From Botryllus schlosseri (Eukaryota): a stretch of 64,000 nucleotides of DNA. Made by a program: the position numbers and the translations under genes. Positions 61,711 through 64,000 of this stretch are shown here, one piece after another (position 1 is the stretch's first letter; every line of letters starts with the position of its first letter). The DNA is taken from the NCBI GenBank assembly GCA_051294905.1, contig CM119376.1, positions 15,810,001 through 15,874,000 of the forward strand. The letters are read 5' to 3'. Below the pieces are notes generated by a model that saw nothing but the letters and a program-made list of their open reading frames with translations, was not told the DNA's origin and made no database searches.

Positions 61711-62922
61711 CTATCTTTTACATACATATAGTTCAAAAGCTGCATAGGGTACCGGAGAAAGTTAGTGTTTATAGTCACTGACAACTTACATTGAATAGCT
61801 TTCAGCTCGACTTTCAATTCCAAGTAAGCTTCGTAACATCTCAACATCGTGCTTCCTCTCTCATTTTCTTCTGCCTGAAAATTTTCAAAGTTTGTTACAT
61901 ACTCATCACGGGAAGTGGGAAGTATCGTGGCAGCTAATGACAAGCCGTTTGATGAATGACTCACCTGAAACTGCATCCACTGTTTAAACCTCTTGTCTTG
62001 TCTGTCTTCAGCATTCTCGATCATTGTCTGTATTGATTCACCTGCATGAAATGACACTGTTCACAAGACTGATGGCAAGAAAGTTAGCTGATTTATGATT
62101 ACATCATGATAACAAAAGCTTCACATAAATCCATGACTGCATGATATAACTATATACCGCTGCCTATAGATAAGAGTGTCACTATATATCAATCAGACGG
62201 TCTATATTTACTTGAAGCATCTAACTTCCTCTTTCTTCTTGTCTTCACTTCACTGCTGCTGGAACTAGTGCTTGCAAAAGAATCTGAAACAACATATTAG
62301 GTTTGAAATTAAATGAATATAAAATAATTTGACTGGTTGCTGGTTTGTCTCAATCTCAATCTAAAGGCTTCTATAAGGAAAATGACATATCTTACTCTGT
62401 GTGTTATACACTTTTTACCACATCTTTGTCAAAGTCGTAAAAATGAGATTGGTGTTGTTTTTAGAGCAAACTCATTACACTTCTGCCATTCCAATAACAT
62501 ATCTGATCCATCTATGTCCAACTGCATCACTTGTAAAAAAAAACCTTACCATCGAGATTATCCGAGGTTATTAGCGATGGTATAGTCAGTGGGTCTTTCC
62601 CAATGGTTTCATTCAAATCTTCATATACATCAGCAATAGACGCAGGAGGATAAAGGTCCCCTGCTTCACCGCTGCTGTTAACTTTGTCTTTATACTTTCT
62701 GAATTCCCGCTTAAGGGCCTGTAACTTTTTCAAGCAGCAATCTGGAGATCTCTCTATTCCCAGCTTGTTCAAACTATTCGAAATTATGGTGAATATTTCT
62801 TTATTCGGTTTTCCGACGAGTGTCATGGCCTGAATTCTCTCAGTCTTCCACTCCTGCACCAGTTTTACCACTTCCTGCGGTCTCCACAAAATGCCACGGC
62901 TACGCATTACATTACCCTCCAT
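61711..62922 (-). CDS. Harbinger Myb/SANT (trihelix-like) DNA-binding protein, at least 5 exons
   Basis: Exon 62922-62550 reads W..QEVVKLVQEW...IFTIISNSL...RSPDCCLKKLQALKREFRK. Further phase-compatible exons at 62283-62212 (NLS-like KTRRKRK), 62041-61965, 61874-61790 and 61739-61711. The interval 62549-62284 may hide another exon. Poly(A) signal at 61497-92. Confidence 0.82.
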
Positions 62923-63649
62923 CTACTCTGTAAAGATACTGGATAGTCAGCGCACCCCCAAACCAGGTTGGAGAGCAGGTTTGACGAATCTCGCACCAAC
63001 GCCAAAATACCGTCCACCGCAGATGGAACGTCGCGTTAATTAGCGCGATAACGAGCGCGAAAAACGCTTAGTCCTCGTAACCTCGCTCGAGTATGAACGC
63101 TCATGTTTTGAGGCCATGATATCAAAATCACTCGAGTGTGAACGCCAAAATTTCGTAATGGTTCGAGAACTTCATGCTATGTGAACGGGTTGGTTTTGAC
63201 GACTGGTTTCACAATAGGTATCAAAACAAACGATGAACGCAGCCTAAGATAGTTGTTTGGCCCCAGCGAACCAGTAGTCACGTGACTTTCGAGCCCAATA
63301 GTCTCACACCTCGCATAAATATAATTCATCGACCACTTTAGATTATACACACATAAATGCAACCATCCAACTCGAACGGTACAGACAGACTCACGTCTCC
63401 CTAACATTCCCACCCAGGACCATTAAAGTAAAAATCGCACTAAAGCGGATTGGAAACGTTGCACCATTACACGTCTTCAGTTCATGTAACTACACCAATT
63501 GCAGGTAAGCATAGAATTATAACTGTGGAGTTATAATTGAACAATTGGCTCTTTTTGTTGTGAGTATAGTATGGTATTTATCTTATTGAAAGTCCCTACA
63601 AAAATTTCACCTGTAAGGCCCTACTTGCTTTGTGTGAAATTATCTTGAT

Positions 63650-63746
63650 CCATTGCAGCTTCTAGATAAGAAATTGTCTGGACCCATTGCAGCATCTAGA
63701 TATGAAATTGTCAGGACCCATTGCAGCATCTAGATATGAAATTGTA
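63650..63746. repeat. 34-bp tandem repeat, about 2.8 copies
   Basis: Unit CCATTGCAGCATCTAGATATGAAATTGTCAGGAC, with no spacers. Confidence 0.9.
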
Positions 63747-64000
63747 ATAAAATGTTTTTAATACAACATCAATTGCCACAGAACATTTGTTAAATCTAGA
63801 AGACTCTTCGTGCGCCTCTTTTCAAGAGTTATCAGCACACTAACGATAAGATGTATTGAAGCTGTGCAATTTGTCCTACGTTGTTATTTTTTAATTATAT
63901 ATATATATATATCTATTTTTAGTTATCCAAAGTTTGAGGGTAACGACTTCTGTAGTTATATGCTTGTGTTTTGGGTGGCTCGGTTTTAATGACCCCGTCA

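Larger units (their letters stand above)
59138..63244. mobile_element. Apparently intact autonomous PIF/Harbinger transposon (4107 bp)
   Basis: Perfect 12-bp TIR GGCTGCGTTCAT; TSD TAA (59135-37 / 63245-47); convergent nuclease and Myb genes. Confidence 0.96.
53822..63301. mobile_element. Unclassified TIR-bounded element hosting the Sola-like and Harbinger insertions
   Basis: Perfect 26-bp inverted repeat CTATTGGGCTCGAAAGTCACGTGACT at 53822-47 and 63276-301, plus a second shared CTGGGGCCAA block further inside. No TSD found. Confidence 0.6.

Noticed and set aside
63650-63746. CRISPR-like appearance of short repeats (also the GACTC arrays)
   Set aside because: There are no unique spacers and no cas genes, and the context is eukaryotic.

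Overview
AT-rich animal genomic DNA (spliceosomal introns; invertebrate chordate or ascidian-like is my inference only). One host gene is clearly recognisable: a TASK-type two-pore-domain K+ channel on the minus strand. Its four exons lie at 23442-23288, 18453-18317, 3109-2934 and 2404-2260, and the 3' exons fall left of the window. Most of the remainder is a dense, nested transposon landscape. It includes: more than 15 non-autonomous hAT elements, most with 8-bp TSDs; a hAT transposase gene that can be reassembled after removing two MITEs; tRNA-derived SINEs; an RLE-type LINE fragment split by a 4.2-kb hAT element carrying a decayed Harbinger; a 5'-truncated RNase-H I-clade LINE; a Sola2-like element; and an apparently intact, intron-rich PIF/Harbinger (59138-63244) sitting inside an unclassified 9.5-kb TIR-bounded element. 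Three sub-feature signals stand out. First, TAG(G)CCTA-type motifs are enriched and in two places look like de novo micro-insertions. Second, GC-stem GNA-triloop mini-hairpins recur in unrelated MITEs. Third, perfect CRE palindromes are carried by several MITE families. All alignments and counts were done by eye and no database searches were run.
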